Virus record (IMG/VR): IMGVR_UViG_3300032240_001498
Coordinates: 128,001-192,000 of that record
Strand: one strand, 5' to 3'
Origin: a virus
Lineage: Duplodnaviria > Caudoviricetes
Length of the DNA stretch: 64,000 nucleotides
Shown here piece by piece: positions 1-10,966 of the stretch. The first letter of the stretch is position 1, and every line of letters begins with the position of its first letter. Made by a program: the position numbers and the translations under genes. The notes under the pieces were generated by a model. The model was not told the origin of the DNA and made no database searches. It worked only from the letters and a program-made list of their open reading frames with translations.

Positions 1-2
1 CA

Positions 3-1634
3 AAACAAATTCAAGTTTGGTTGTTCAATGCACCTGCTAAAGCCTACAGTCAAGTACACGAACAGGTGTTTACAAATGTAAACCCTCAAAATACTACATT
101 CTTCTTGGCTCAAGTGCCAAGCACTGCACTACCGCATGAACCGCAGATGATTGTTGAATACAACAAGCAAAGACTAATACCTCCTCAGGTAAGTTACTAC
201 GTTGTGGAAAACGACCAGTCAGAATTTACGGTTGACTTGAATGATCCGTTATTGCCCGGTCGAATTGACTTGACTAATGTTAAGGTATACAAGAATGGAA
301 AACCTTTAATTCCAGGAATAGAATTTAACTTTACACCCGCACCTGTAAAAGTCACATTCCCATTGGGAACCACCCAGAACGGAGATGTATTGGCTATTAT
401 GAGTTTGGTTGGCAATCAATACATGTTTGATGACCAAGATCAATTTTTAACAATACAAAATATACCCAACAGACAAGCTGGTGATACACTAAGAGTTATT
501 ACATTTAGTAACGATAGTGGCGCCTTTATAAACCCAACAACAGGTGTATCTAGAGATGACACAGCACAAGAAGGCATGTTCCGCAAGGAGAGATATCCTG
601 CCAATGCAGTTGGCCGTTATGTAATGAGTCGACCTATTTTCAATACAAACTATGTTTGGGTAGAATACAACGGATTGCCGCTACAAAACGACATAGACTA
701 TGCTGTAGAAGATGACGGAGTTACTGTAAGACTTAGAGAAGGCATCTTCCAAAGTAAAGCTGACAAAGTGGTTATTATGAGTTTGAATGATAGTTCATAC
801 AACGGAAGCCATGCATACAGAATGTTCACTGACTTGGTTGGACGAACATCTTACAAGCGTTTGAGTCAAGCAAATACAACCGCGCTGGCACAACCTTTGT
901 TAGCAACTGATACAATAGTGTATGTTACAAATGCATCAGCGTTAACTCCACCTAATACACAGAAGAATTTACCAGGGATTGTATACATTGCAGGCGAGCG
1001 TATTGAGTTCTTCTTAGTAAACAACACATTGAACTCTTTAGGGCAGTTACGAAGAGGCACGTTGGGCACAGGTATTTTAGACGGCCTGCCAGCAGGTACA
1101 GCAGTAATTGACCAAGGTCCGTTACAGAATATCCCAGTTAAAGAAAAAACCGTTATTGAAAAGTTTGTAGGGTCAGCAACAAATAGTGTGTTTACTCTGA
1201 CGCAGATAAATCTAGTTGAAAGCGCACCGTACGGCGATCAAATAGAAGTTCGTGCTAACGGAATTTTACAACTCAAGCCAACTATCAATATATCGACTAC
1301 TGATATCAACATAGCACTTGATTCAGGACAAACTGATTCGTTGGGAAATTCCAACATTTCTACCACAACGTCTTATTATACCGTCACAAAACGGATAATT
1401 AATAATAAGAGTGTCCCAGTGGTTATTTGGAATAACGCCTTTACGGTTACTACCTATATTTCTGTATCACAGAGAATAGGTGAGATCTTTGAAAACACAC
1501 CGGCTATTAGTTTCATAAACGAACAGCCAGCCGCTTTACCAAACGATGCTTATTACCCAGGTGATCCAGTAATTATACTAGAAACTGGCGAAGTATTAAC
1601 AGATGAGAGTCAAGTACCACTTGAAGGAATTTAA
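3..1634 (+). CDS. C-terminal part of a very large virion structural (baseplate wedge-like) protein, truncated by window start
   Basis: Frame is open upstream of the TTG at 21 to the window edge (KQIQVWL). Beta-rich N/T/V/G composition; first gene of a tail/baseplate operon. Confidence 0.6.
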   Translation, partial: KQIQVWLFNAPAKAYSQVHEQVFTNVNPQNTTFFLAQVPSTALPHEPQMIVEYNKQRLIPPQVSYYVVENDQSEFTVDLNDPLLPGRIDLTNVKVYKNGKPLIPGIEFNFTPAPVKVTFPLGTTQNGDVLAIMSLVGNQYMFDDQDQFLTIQNIPNRQAGDTLRVITFSNDSGAFINPTTGVSRDDTAQEGMFRKERYPANAVGRYVMSRPIFNTNYVWVEYNGLPLQNDIDYAVEDDGVTVRLREGIFQSKADKVVIMSLNDSSYNGSHAYRMFTDLVGRTSYKRLSQANTTALAQPLLATDTIVYVTNASALTPPNTQKNLPGIVYIAGERIEFFLVNNTLNSLGQLRRGTLGTGILDGLPAGTAVIDQGPLQNIPVKEKTVIEKFVGSATNSVFTLTQINLVESAPYGDQIEVRANGILQLKPTINISTTDINIALDSGQTDSLGNSNISTTTSYYTVTKRIINNKSVPVVIWNNAFTVTTYISVSQRIGEIFENTPAISFINEQPAALPNDAYYPGDPVIILETGEVLTDESQVPLEGI

Positions 1635-1636
1635 TT

Positions 1637-4390
1637 ATGACAAAAATTACGCAATTACCTGTAGTTTCAGCAATGGCAGACCAAAGTCTGTTTGTTGTTG
1701 TTGACAACGGTGTAACTAAAAAACTTACCTATTCAACACTTAAGGCAACCCTTAAGGGAGATAAAGGTGAAACTGGAGCCAAGGGCGATACTGGTGCCCA
1801 AGGTGCAAAAGGTGATACCGGCGCAAAAGGTGATACCGGCGCACAGGGTCCTGTAGGTCCACTTGCTCCGTTTAGTACAGCAACTACGGTTCGTCTTGGT
1901 GGTTTTAAAGTAGGCACCGGTATCAATGTCACTGGTGACGGAACACTTAGCGTTCCTATTGTTACAATTAACACAGCTACAGCCAGCGCATCTGGTACTG
2001 TTGTTCCCGGACTAGGATTAAAATTAGTTGACGGTCTAGCAACAACAATCATATCTCCGAGATTATATTTGAGTGTTTCTGAAGAATATGTTGTAGGAAA
2101 TTCAGCATCTAGTGGGTACACATTTGAAGGATACAACGGATCAAATCCCGTACTTACTGTACAGCCTGGTGCAACATATTCTTGGGTCTTTACATCTAAT
2201 CCGGGAGAGCACCCTTGGCAGGTACGTTCAGCACCTGGTGGTGTTGCAATCACTGAAGGTCGCTGGTGGTTTGTCAGTAACAATGGCACGGTAATTAAAG
2301 GCGGAGCACTTGCAAATATAGGTAGAGATGACGGAACATTGTTCTGGCAAGTTCCAAATAATCCTTCTCAGTACATCTTCTACTATCAGTGTACTCATCA
2401 TCCTGCTATGGTTGGCCAGATCGTAGTACAGAATGATCAGAGTATATTCTTAGGTCGAACTAACACTTACAATAGTGCTGTTCCCACAAACATTATTCCT
2501 GACGGTGATGCTACTAGAAACATTGGATCATTGGCAAAACGAATCGGAACAACGTTCACACAGAACGTTAATTTCTCTGGACTATTGGTAACAAATACCA
2601 ATGGTAGACTAACATCTACAGGTGGCTTTGATGTTGGCAAATCTGTAACAAAGGTTCAAGTAACCACAGGCGGAACATATATCAATACACCGCAAGTTAA
2701 GGTTATAGATATTACAGGAAAAGATTTTGCAGGAACTGCGGCACTATCTCCGACTTCAGTTGATCGTCTTGATGTTAATATAACACCAAGTGTTCCTGAC
2801 ATAGCATCGACTGCTACGGTAGATATTACTATCAGTAATCCAGCGTCAGGTACCCAAGCAACAGCTATTGCAACTGTGGATCTCTACCTAGATGACCTAC
2901 AGGTTAGTTACTCAACTACTCCAACAGCATCTTTGGTAGTCAATGCAAACGTAACATTAGGTGCAGGGGCTACACTACAAATCAGTGATCAAGCACAGGC
3001 AAACTCATTAAATGCGTTTATTGCATATCAAACTCTTGCAGATACTCGTGATGGACTTCCAAAGTTCTTAGATCCTGGTACAAACACACTAAAGACTTTT
3101 AAGATACTATCTGTAGACCTACCAACAAGAACAATTTCTTTTGATCTCTCATTGGCTCGAGCAACAATACCTGCAGGTGTTTATGTGTTTGCTGTACCTC
3201 AGCCCACTATTGCTGATGGGGCATACCCTATCGTTTGTACAGGTATTCAAATTGGACAGTTTGTTGCCAGTAGCGGCCAATACTCAGTGGCTATAGCAGA
3301 TAGATTAGATACTGCTCGACTACCTCAAGGAACTACTGCTACCAGTTATCTGGCAGTCAGTTGTACTCCATTAACTGGACAGCCGGGTTTTTACTTCTTG
3401 TCAAGTGATATCGCAGGAACCAACATTAACAAAGTTAAAGTTCGTTCCGGTGTAACCAGTACTGTATTAGGTACAGGTGGCTCCGGATATACAAGCACTC
3501 CTACTATTAGTGTAACAGTAGATGGCACACCTAATCCTGTATTATCTAATAATATTAGAGCTATCCTAGCTCCAACAACAGTAAGCGGTGTAACGGTTAC
3601 AAATTTTGGTCAACAATATACCGCGGCAGCTCAGGGCATTTTAGTATCGCCATTAAGTAGTGTAGGCACAACTGTATCAAATGCAGATAATAATCTTTGG
3701 AAAGTTACTACAAACTTGTATCCATTAGGTACTGCACGTACAGCAGGAACACAACTCTATGTGTATGCCACTGGATCTTTTGGTAACGGAAAAGGTGACG
3801 GCGCATCACTTGCTATCACCGCAGGTCAAACAGTAACATCTTTAACTAACCCTGGTTCTACTCCCGGAACTGTTGTCAGTGTGACACCTATTTTCAACAA
3901 GAGAAATGGGCTTCGTTTATACAGAGTTAATATGAGTGCAAGCTCATCTGCGGCCGTTGATGAAATCTTAAACTTTGGCGGTACTGCCGGAGCTGTAGCA
4001 ATTACACAAGCAGGTGCTCAACCTGTATTAACTGCTACTACAACTACACCAGGAACTGTTGTAGTAGGAACTGGTCTGGCTGTAGATAACAACGGACTGC
4101 TAACTGTAAATCTAGGATCAGGTACTGTACCATTTGCCGCAATTAACTCAGTGGGAGATATAGATACCCAGGGCGATGTTAATGCCACTGGTAATATATA
4201 TGGAACTAACGTATTTGCCAACACAATAGTTGTAAGCAAAGTATCACCAGCTACTTCTAAAGGAGCTGTTGGGGACAAAGCAGGTATGTTTGCCTACGAT
4301 GCAGGACATTTATCCGTTTGTGTAGCGGACTATACAGACGGCACAGCAAACATTTGGAGACGTATCTCTTGGACAAGTAGTTCGTGGTAA
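1637..4390 (+). CDS. Tail fibre/appendage-like protein with N-terminal collagen segment and cupredoxin-like domain
   Basis: 917 aa, G/T/S/V-rich; 12 Gly-X-Y triplets; HP...YYQCTHHPAM motif; fibre repeat IPDGDATRNIGS. Confidence 0.7.
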   Translation: MTKITQLPVVSAMADQSLFVVVDNGVTKKLTYSTLKATLKGDKGETGAKGDTGAQGAKGDTGAKGDTGAQGPVGPLAPFSTATTVRLGGFKVGTGINVTGDGTLSVPIVTINTATASASGTVVPGLGLKLVDGLATTIISPRLYLSVSEEYVVGNSASSGYTFEGYNGSNPVLTVQPGATYSWVFTSNPGEHPWQVRSAPGGVAITEGRWWFVSNNGTVIKGGALANIGRDDGTLFWQVPNNPSQYIFYYQCTHHPAMVGQIVVQNDQSIFLGRTNTYNSAVPTNIIPDGDATRNIGSLAKRIGTTFTQNVNFSGLLVTNTNGRLTSTGGFDVGKSVTKVQVTTGGTYINTPQVKVIDITGKDFAGTAALSPTSVDRLDVNITPSVPDIASTATVDITISNPASGTQATAIATVDLYLDDLQVSYSTTPTASLVVNANVTLGAGATLQISDQAQANSLNAFIAYQTLADTRDGLPKFLDPGTNTLKTFKILSVDLPTRTISFDLSLARATIPAGVYVFAVPQPTIADGAYPIVCTGIQIGQFVASSGQYSVAIADRLDTARLPQGTTATSYLAVSCTPLTGQPGFYFLSSDIAGTNINKVKVRSGVTSTVLGTGGSGYTSTPTISVTVDGTPNPVLSNNIRAILAPTTVSGVTVTNFGQQYTAAAQGILVSPLSSVGTTVSNADNNLWKVTTNLYPLGTARTAGTQLYVYATGSFGNGKGDGASLAITAGQTVTSLTNPGSTPGTVVSVTPIFNKRNGLRLYRVNMSASSSAAVDEILNFGGTAGAVAITQAGAQPVLTATTTTPGTVVVGTGLAVDNNGLLTVNLGSGTVPFAAINSVGDIDTQGDVNATGNIYGTNVFANTIVVSKVSPATSKGAVGDKAGMFAYDAGHLSVCVADYTDGTANIWRRISWTSSSW
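1757..1864 (+). repeat. Collagen-like Gly-X-Y repeat (12 triplets) with an exact 18-nt tandem duplication
   Basis: GDKGETGAKGDTGAQGAKGDTGAKGDTGAQGPVGPL; gcaaaaggtgataccggc occurs at 1805-1822 and 1823-1840. Confidence 0.95.
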
Positions 4391-4411
4391 AGTCTACAGT
4401 TAACAAGCGAA

Positions 4412-4417
4412 TAAATA
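4412..4417 (+). promoter_or_regulatory. Putative T4-type late promoter (TAAATA)
   Basis: TAAATA just upstream of ATG 4423; the same hexamer recurs before many structural genes in the window. Confidence 0.5.
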
Positions 4418-4422
4418 ACATT

Positions 4423-5091
4423 ATGGATCAATCAAAAGACAACAAAATGACAGAAAATCAAGATCAAACAGCTAAACCAGCGACGCCGGACGAACAAGGA
4501 AACTTGTCTATTCGCGGTCATATTAAGATTTTTGACCCAGAAACCAAGGAAGTTATCATTGATAAGCCTAACGCTATTCACTATGAAAATTTTAGCATAG
4601 CTTTAGCAAACAGTATCAGTAATTATGGTCAGGGTTGGATCGCTGAAATGTGCTTTGGCAATGGCGGTAGCCGTGTAGATCCTACTGGTATCATTACCTA
4701 TCTAACTCCGAACGCAATCGGCAACAATGCAAATCTGTATAATCAAACATATATAAAAGTCATTGACAGCAACAGCGTGGATAATTTAGATCCATCACGT
4801 AATTTTATGAATGTGCGTCATATTACAGGTCTTCCTTACACTGATGTTATGATCAGTTGTTTGTTAGACTTTGGTGAACCTTCTGATCAAACAGCATTTG
4901 ATAACTCAACAAACTATTCAGGAAACTATGTGTTTGATGAATTAGGTCTTAGAGCATTTAGTTCTAATGGTGCAGGAACTGGCAACCTTTTAACACACGT
5001 TATTTTTCACCCAGTACAAAAAAGTCTAAACAGAATGTTGCAGATAGATTACACAATTAGAATTCAAAGTTTAACTACAATTACTGGATAA
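4423..5091 (+). CDS. Virion structural protein (tail/baseplate associated)
   Basis: ORF track starts at GTG 4384; in-frame ATG 4423 (or 4448) is more plausible. Sits between tail genes. Confidence 0.55.
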   Translation: MDQSKDNKMTENQDQTAKPATPDEQGNLSIRGHIKIFDPETKEVIIDKPNAIHYENFSIALANSISNYGQGWIAEMCFGNGGSRVDPTGIITYLTPNAIGNNANLYNQTYIKVIDSNSVDNLDPSRNFMNVRHITGLPYTDVMISCLLDFGEPSDQTAFDNSTNYSGNYVFDELGLRAFSSNGAGTGNLLTHVIFHPVQKSLNRMLQIDYTIRIQSLTTITG

Positions 5092-5095
5092 TTAG

Positions 5096-6970
5096 ATGTC
5101 TTATACAATAAAATTTACTGACCCGTCAAAATCGCTCGAAGCAATTATAGTGCCGGATAATGGACTTGAAACTTCCAAGACTCCTCTAACCTTAGTTGGT
5201 CGAAACTGGCCTTCATATGGCCAGATTATTGAGACAGATCTAGTACATATTTTAGAAAACTTTGCCAACAGTTCAAGACCTGCACAAAATATTGAAGGAC
5301 AATTATGGTATGACACTTCAAATCCTAATAGTAAAAAATTAAAAGTATTCGACAAGTCTGACTATGCACCAGTAGCAGGCGTACACAGAGAGCCAACCTC
5401 TCCATTAGGAATTTCTCCTGTTTATACTGGAGACATTTGGGTCGACACATCAAATAACCAACTGAGTATTTTTAACGGTTCGAGTTTTACACTAATTGGA
5501 CCAAACTATTCGAGCGCATTAAAAACAGGTAGCTATGCTACAACTTCTACAGCCATTGACGGAACTATTCATAACATTGTTATTAACTACGTTAATGATA
5601 ACGCTGTTGAAATTATATCTCAAGAAAATTTTACACCTATACAGGTAATCGACGGATTTAGCAATATTAAAGCCGGCGTAAATATTTCTGGTAAAAATTT
5701 AGGTACTGCACAAAGTCCATCATATGCAATTTTTAACGGAGTTGCGTATCAATCGAGCAATCTACAACAAACAATTCCAGCACTACAGACAGTCAGTGCC
5801 AACAACTTTGTTCGTAATGATATAGATCAAAAGGTAGCAGGACAACTAACAGTTGGTACAGATGCTGGTATTAAAATTGGGCTTGATCCTACGTTTGTTT
5901 TACAAAGAGATCCGGTTGGCCACACCGCCAGGTTTTTGAACACCGACAACCAAGGAAGATTTATATTTCAAATAACAAGTAACAATATTCAAAATACGTT
6001 ATTAACTCTTGACGGTAATACAGGACCTCAAGGAACTGAGTTTACTAAAGTAAATTTTCATTCTCAACCTAAACCTGGTGCAACTGTAGCTTACGGAACA
6101 TTTCAGGTAACTTCTGGAACTACTATGAATAGCGTAGTAGTAAATTCAACCTTATCAAACTTTGAGATTACTTCAGATAATGCGTTGTATGTTCGCGGCG
6201 GTGCAGGAGTAGATGGTGCGTTAGTTGTTACTAAAGAACATATATTAGTTGGACCACTTGCAGTAGGACGACCCACTGGTCCTGACTCCAACCAAAATGA
6301 ATCATCGGCAGCTGTAATTCCTAGAAAAGATCAATCATACGATATTGGATCAAGCACTCAAACCTGGCTCAATATATGGGGGAAAACTATTCACGGTTCC
6401 TTAGATGGCAACGCTTCGACTGCATCAAAATTAGTTGGTAATTCTTATTTTGGTATAACTGGGGATATTTATCATACGGCATTATTGACGTATGACGGTA
6501 CTCCTCGGGCAAACACCCAGCCTTATAACATAAATGTAAAACTTGACAAAGCGGCAATCTATGGTCAAAATTATGTTCCTAAAGTATCCGGAGTTTCAGT
6601 TACTGGTCCTACATTTGCTGACGATGATTTCATCATGATATATCGCCCATCAGCTCAACCAGACGTTGGCATTCAAGGTAATGGTACCCTATACAAAGAA
6701 TCAAGATACGATTTCCTAAAAGACCTATATGAATATAGACTTTCTACCGGTGCTATAGTTCCGTTTGCACAAGATACTGCTCCTCCTGGATGGTTACTCT
6801 GTGACGGTGCAACATACGATGGCGGCACAGGAACTCCGTACAATAATCTATTCCAAGTAATTAGACAGAAGTTTGGTGGACAAACAAATACACAGCAGTT
6901 TAATGTTCCAAATTTATTGAATCAATTAAGTTGGGGAGCTGGATACATCAAATATTATATAAAGACCTAA
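5096..6970 (+). CDS. Tail/baseplate fibre protein, paralogue 1, with C-terminal tail-collar-like domain
   Basis: Shared N-terminal domain (MSYTIK...LTLVGRN...YG...LENFA...GQLWYD); C-terminal GAIVPFA...PPGWLLCDG...FNVPNL. Confidence 0.75.
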   Translation: MSYTIKFTDPSKSLEAIIVPDNGLETSKTPLTLVGRNWPSYGQIIETDLVHILENFANSSRPAQNIEGQLWYDTSNPNSKKLKVFDKSDYAPVAGVHREPTSPLGISPVYTGDIWVDTSNNQLSIFNGSSFTLIGPNYSSALKTGSYATTSTAIDGTIHNIVINYVNDNAVEIISQENFTPIQVIDGFSNIKAGVNISGKNLGTAQSPSYAIFNGVAYQSSNLQQTIPALQTVSANNFVRNDIDQKVAGQLTVGTDAGIKIGLDPTFVLQRDPVGHTARFLNTDNQGRFIFQITSNNIQNTLLTLDGNTGPQGTEFTKVNFHSQPKPGATVAYGTFQVTSGTTMNSVVVNSTLSNFEITSDNALYVRGGAGVDGALVVTKEHILVGPLAVGRPTGPDSNQNESSAAVIPRKDQSYDIGSSTQTWLNIWGKTIHGSLDGNASTASKLVGNSYFGITGDIYHTALLTYDGTPRANTQPYNINVKLDKAAIYGQNYVPKVSGVSVTGPTFADDDFIMIYRPSAQPDVGIQGNGTLYKESRYDFLKDLYEYRLSTGAIVPFAQDTAPPGWLLCDGATYDGGTGTPYNNLFQVIRQKFGGQTNTQQFNVPNLLNQLSWGAGYIKYYIKT

Positions 6971-6974
6971 CACT

Positions 6975-8840
6975 ATGTCATACACATTAAAACTAACAAA
7001 TGGCACCATACTTTTAAATCTGTCTGATCAAAAAACAGATCAACTCACTACCAGTCTAACTTTGATTGGTAAAAATGTACCTGCATACGGAACTTATTTT
7101 AATGAAAATTTAATATACCTGTTAGAAAATTTTGCAAGTCCTACACAACCAAGAAGTCCGTTGTATGGACAGTTATGGTATAATTCTGCTCAAGGTAGAA
7201 TGTACTACTACAATAATAATAATCAATTCCGTCCAGTTGGTAGTCCAATTGTAAGCCCTACTCAGCCTACAGGCTCTGTTCCTGGAGATTTATGGCTAGA
7301 TTCTACTAACAAACAACTAACAGTGTTTGACGGCACAGATTTTATCCCTGCAGGCAAGTCATATGCAACTCCGCAAGGGAAAGCAGGTTGGGTTATAGAA
7401 CAGATTATAGACAATACAAACTTACCTAAAACAGTTTCTACATTATATAACAATGGTAGAGTATTGGCAGTATTAAGTGAAGTAGCATTCACTCCGGCAA
7501 CTCCGTACAACGGAATTCCTACAATCGGAGTTGGCCTAACACTAAACAACAGTTTATCAGGCATGCGAATAATAGGTACTGCGACCAATGCGTTGAGTGT
7601 TGCAGGTATTGAGGCAAATAAATTTATAAAAAATTATGGATATCAATATACAACAGGGACTTGGGCGATTTTAAACAATGGCGGTTTGTCAATTGGTCCT
7701 AACGGAACTGAGCTAACACTATCGCTTGGTAATATACTAGGTGGAACAAATCAAGATGCATTAATTTTAAGTGGCAGAATTGGTAATGGCGGAAGTACCC
7801 CTAGCGCCAAGTTGGTTTTTGCCGCTAATGATTTTAATAACGGTACTGTAGTTGGAATGACTATTGATCCGTTTACTAAAAGTGTAAATTTCTTACCCGG
7901 TGTTGCCAGCGGAGCTGTTAACGTATCGGGCGATTTAAATGTAACTGGTAATTTAAATGTTGTTGGTACAGGCACTAACGTACAGGTTAGAAATTTAGAA
8001 GTAGATAACATCAAGATTGAATTAGCATATCCAGTAAACAGTTTACCAGATGCGGCTATTGACGGTGGCGGTATTGTACTACATGGTACTACTGAACATA
8101 CTCTCACATATAAAAACTCTTTGGTAGGTTGGGCATCAAGTGATAATTTCACAGTTGCCTATAATAAAGGCTATTACATCACTAACCAAGCTGGTAATGA
8201 TATCAAGGTAATAGATGCTGGCAATGTATTTGTAGCCAATGCACCAAATTTAACATCTATTGGCGCTTTGGGAAATCTAACAGTTGGCAATCTATTCATT
8301 AGCACCAGCACTATTTCTACAGTAGACGGCACCAGTGATTTAGTTCTAAACAAAACTGGTGTAGGAAATGTAAGTTTAGGTGGTAAGAAACTTTATCAGT
8401 CAGGCACTATCGGTCCAAGTGATAGCACAACTACAGTTGTTACAAAGTACTATGTAGATAATTTACAAGTGCTTAAGAGCTCAGTATCATTTGTATTTTC
8501 TCTAGATGTAACTCAAGTAACTGACGTTAATCTGTTTGCAATTAATTTTCTAAATAAAATTTTACCGATTGGGACTCCTGGTTCTTTCTATTATATTCCA
8601 GAACAGGCTAGATGTAGAATTAACTGTATGAACTATGCTGTGCCTAGTTGGGCACAAGACGGTGTAAGCAACTATGCCGTAACCGCAGTTGATCAAAACG
8701 GCGTTAAAAATGCAGTAAATGTACTAACCGGTGTTACTGTTAGAACAACAAGTCCTGTGGTGTATCCTGTATGCTCGCAAGAAATTAGAGAATATATTGT
8801 TGCCGGCCAGCAGTGGGTCTTTAGCTCTATTATTAGTTAA
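6975..8840 (+). CDS. Tail/baseplate fibre protein, paralogue 2
   Basis: Same N-terminal domain (MSYTLK...LTLIGKN...YG...NEN...LENFA...GQLWY). Confidence 0.75.
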   Translation: MSYTLKLTNGTILLNLSDQKTDQLTTSLTLIGKNVPAYGTYFNENLIYLLENFASPTQPRSPLYGQLWYNSAQGRMYYYNNNNQFRPVGSPIVSPTQPTGSVPGDLWLDSTNKQLTVFDGTDFIPAGKSYATPQGKAGWVIEQIIDNTNLPKTVSTLYNNGRVLAVLSEVAFTPATPYNGIPTIGVGLTLNNSLSGMRIIGTATNALSVAGIEANKFIKNYGYQYTTGTWAILNNGGLSIGPNGTELTLSLGNILGGTNQDALILSGRIGNGGSTPSAKLVFAANDFNNGTVVGMTIDPFTKSVNFLPGVASGAVNVSGDLNVTGNLNVVGTGTNVQVRNLEVDNIKIELAYPVNSLPDAAIDGGGIVLHGTTEHTLTYKNSLVGWASSDNFTVAYNKGYYITNQAGNDIKVIDAGNVFVANAPNLTSIGALGNLTVGNLFISTSTISTVDGTSDLVLNKTGVGNVSLGGKKLYQSGTIGPSDSTTTVVTKYYVDNLQVLKSSVSFVFSLDVTQVTDVNLFAINFLNKILPIGTPGSFYYIPEQARCRINCMNYAVPSWAQDGVSNYAVTAVDQNGVKNAVNVLTGVTVRTTSPVVYPVCSQEIREYIVAGQQWVFSSIIS

Positions 8841-8853
8841 TTAGGAAAAACAA

Positions 8854-10962
8854 ATGGCATACGAAATAAGAAAATCAAACAATACATTAGTTACAAATCT
8901 TCCTGATTACGAAATAGATAATACTACCCTATCGATTAACCTGATAGGAAGAAATGCGTCTAACTTCGGCGATGCGCAAAATGAAAATTTTGTCCGCATG
9001 CTAGAGAATTTTGCAAATCATGTACCACCAGTAAATGCCTTAGCAGGACAGATTTGGTTTGATACAGCAGTAAATGTACTTCGTCCTATTGTTTATGATG
9101 GCGCCGCATGGCGCCCTATTGCTACAATCTTAGTTGCCCCGACCAGCGCAGTCACCGACGAGCAAGGCAATTTAATCACAGCCCAAGAACCGGGTGATCT
9201 GTGGTTTAAATCGGATGATTCTCAACTTTATATTAATACTGGAACAGGCTTTAGTCTAATTGGCCCACAGGCTGTTCCTGGCTTTGGCACAACTAGATTT
9301 GTTTCAACAGCGATGACGTCTATTTCGCAGATAAAGCATCCTACTATTCAAATGCAGGTAGACGGAGAAGTTATTGGGGTTATCAGTAGTGATTCATTCC
9401 AACCTAATGCCGCAGGCTTAGCACTAGGGTTTCCTCAGATATACCGTGGCCTGACATTAAAAAATTACAGTCCCGGAACAAGACAATCGTCAACAACTAC
9501 TGATGTATTGTTCCACGGAATAGTTGAACAGTTAGACAATTCATATACTCGTAGAGAGCAAGACGAGTTGATTACCGGCAATTGGTCTATAGCAGACATG
9601 AAAATGTTCCAGTTTGGATCAGCCGGTAATGCCAAGATAAGTTTCCTTTCAGTGGGAGGCGGCTTTCCTGATAACCTAACTATTGATCATCCTACTGGTA
9701 TTATCACAATTAAGGCAAACGGAAGTTCGTTATTATATTCAGGTGATACGTTATCTCCTAACGCAAACGATGTACAGGATCTTGGTAGCTCTGGAAAAAG
9801 ATTTGATAGTGTTTATGCCAAAACATTAAATTCTGGAGCGCCGACAACATCTGCTAATATTAATGGACAATGGGCTCTTACTACAAACAGTAAAATTCTT
9901 CCACATGGAGATTCTGGAAACGATTTAGGTACTGCCGCATTACGTTTTAGCAACGTATATACCTTTGGTATAAATTCAGGAGCAGACTTAGGAGCATTTA
10001 AAGGAAATTGGCAATTAGACACAGGATCTCAATTCAGTCCTAAGACTGACTTAGGTAACGATTTAGGACAGTCTATTAAACGATTTGGAACTGTATATGC
10101 AAGTGGATTAAGCGCGGCAACTGACGCTGACCGGTTAGTCATTACTGGCGATATCAATACCAACGGTAGCATCAAGCCTGTTGCTGACCAACAGTATAAT
10201 ATAGGTGATCCTACTGCCAAGTGGAACACTATGTATGCTTATGATACACGGTCTGATTCTGCCACAATCGGTGCCTTAAATGCAACAATTTTACAATTAC
10301 AAGACAGTTTTCAGAACAGTATTACACGTTTTGACCGTGATGCACAATTAACAGCAGACTCAGACACCCGTGTTCCTACACAAAAAGCCGTTAAGGCCTA
10401 TGTTGATTCCGCAGGAGTCAATTCCGGAACACAGATCGGGCAAATTGCGCAACAATTACAAGATGCTATAAATGCCCTACAATTACAGGTTAACAATTTA
10501 CAAACAGTTCCAACAGGAACAGTATTTTGGTCTGCTAAATCAGTAGCCCCAGCTGGTTACTTAATTTGTGATGGCGCCGCATATCTAGCAACAGCCTATC
10601 CAAAATTATTCCAGGCAATTGGATATACCTATGGCGGTAGTGGCGGCACATTCCTTGTTCCGGATCTCAGAGGTCAATTTATCCGAGGTTCAGACTTAGG
10701 CCGTGGCGTTGATGCAGGGCGTGTATTTGGTTCAACGCAGGAAAGTAGTTTTGCTTCTCATAGTCACGGAATGCCAGGTGACGATCAATTAGCATTTGCT
10801 AATGGAGTTGCCGGGTGGACTGCTAGAAGTCGCGGTGGATTTGGCTACGATGCTAGATCGGTATCGGGTGGTGGCGCTGCCGTTTGGTCAACCACTGACG
10901 AGGGCGGTGCAGACACTCGCCCAACTAACGTAGCTATGCTACCAATCATTTACTATAGATAA
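8854..10962 (+). CDS. Tail/baseplate fibre protein, paralogue 3, with four P..D...DLG...RF..VY repeats and tail-collar domain
   Basis: Same N-terminal domain; C-terminal PTGTVFW...PAGYLICDG...FLVPDLRGQFIRG...DTRPTNVAMLPII is a typical tail collar domain. Confidence 0.8.
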   Translation: MAYEIRKSNNTLVTNLPDYEIDNTTLSINLIGRNASNFGDAQNENFVRMLENFANHVPPVNALAGQIWFDTAVNVLRPIVYDGAAWRPIATILVAPTSAVTDEQGNLITAQEPGDLWFKSDDSQLYINTGTGFSLIGPQAVPGFGTTRFVSTAMTSISQIKHPTIQMQVDGEVIGVISSDSFQPNAAGLALGFPQIYRGLTLKNYSPGTRQSSTTTDVLFHGIVEQLDNSYTRREQDELITGNWSIADMKMFQFGSAGNAKISFLSVGGGFPDNLTIDHPTGIITIKANGSSLLYSGDTLSPNANDVQDLGSSGKRFDSVYAKTLNSGAPTTSANINGQWALTTNSKILPHGDSGNDLGTAALRFSNVYTFGINSGADLGAFKGNWQLDTGSQFSPKTDLGNDLGQSIKRFGTVYASGLSAATDADRLVITGDINTNGSIKPVADQQYNIGDPTAKWNTMYAYDTRSDSATIGALNATILQLQDSFQNSITRFDRDAQLTADSDTRVPTQKAVKAYVDSAGVNSGTQIGQIAQQLQDAINALQLQVNNLQTVPTGTVFWSAKSVAPAGYLICDGAAYLATAYPKLFQAIGYTYGGSGGTFLVPDLRGQFIRGSDLGRGVDAGRVFGSTQESSFASHSHGMPGDDQLAFANGVAGWTARSRGGFGYDARSVSGGGAAVWSTTDEGGADTRPTNVAMLPIIYYR

Positions 10963-10966
10963 AATT

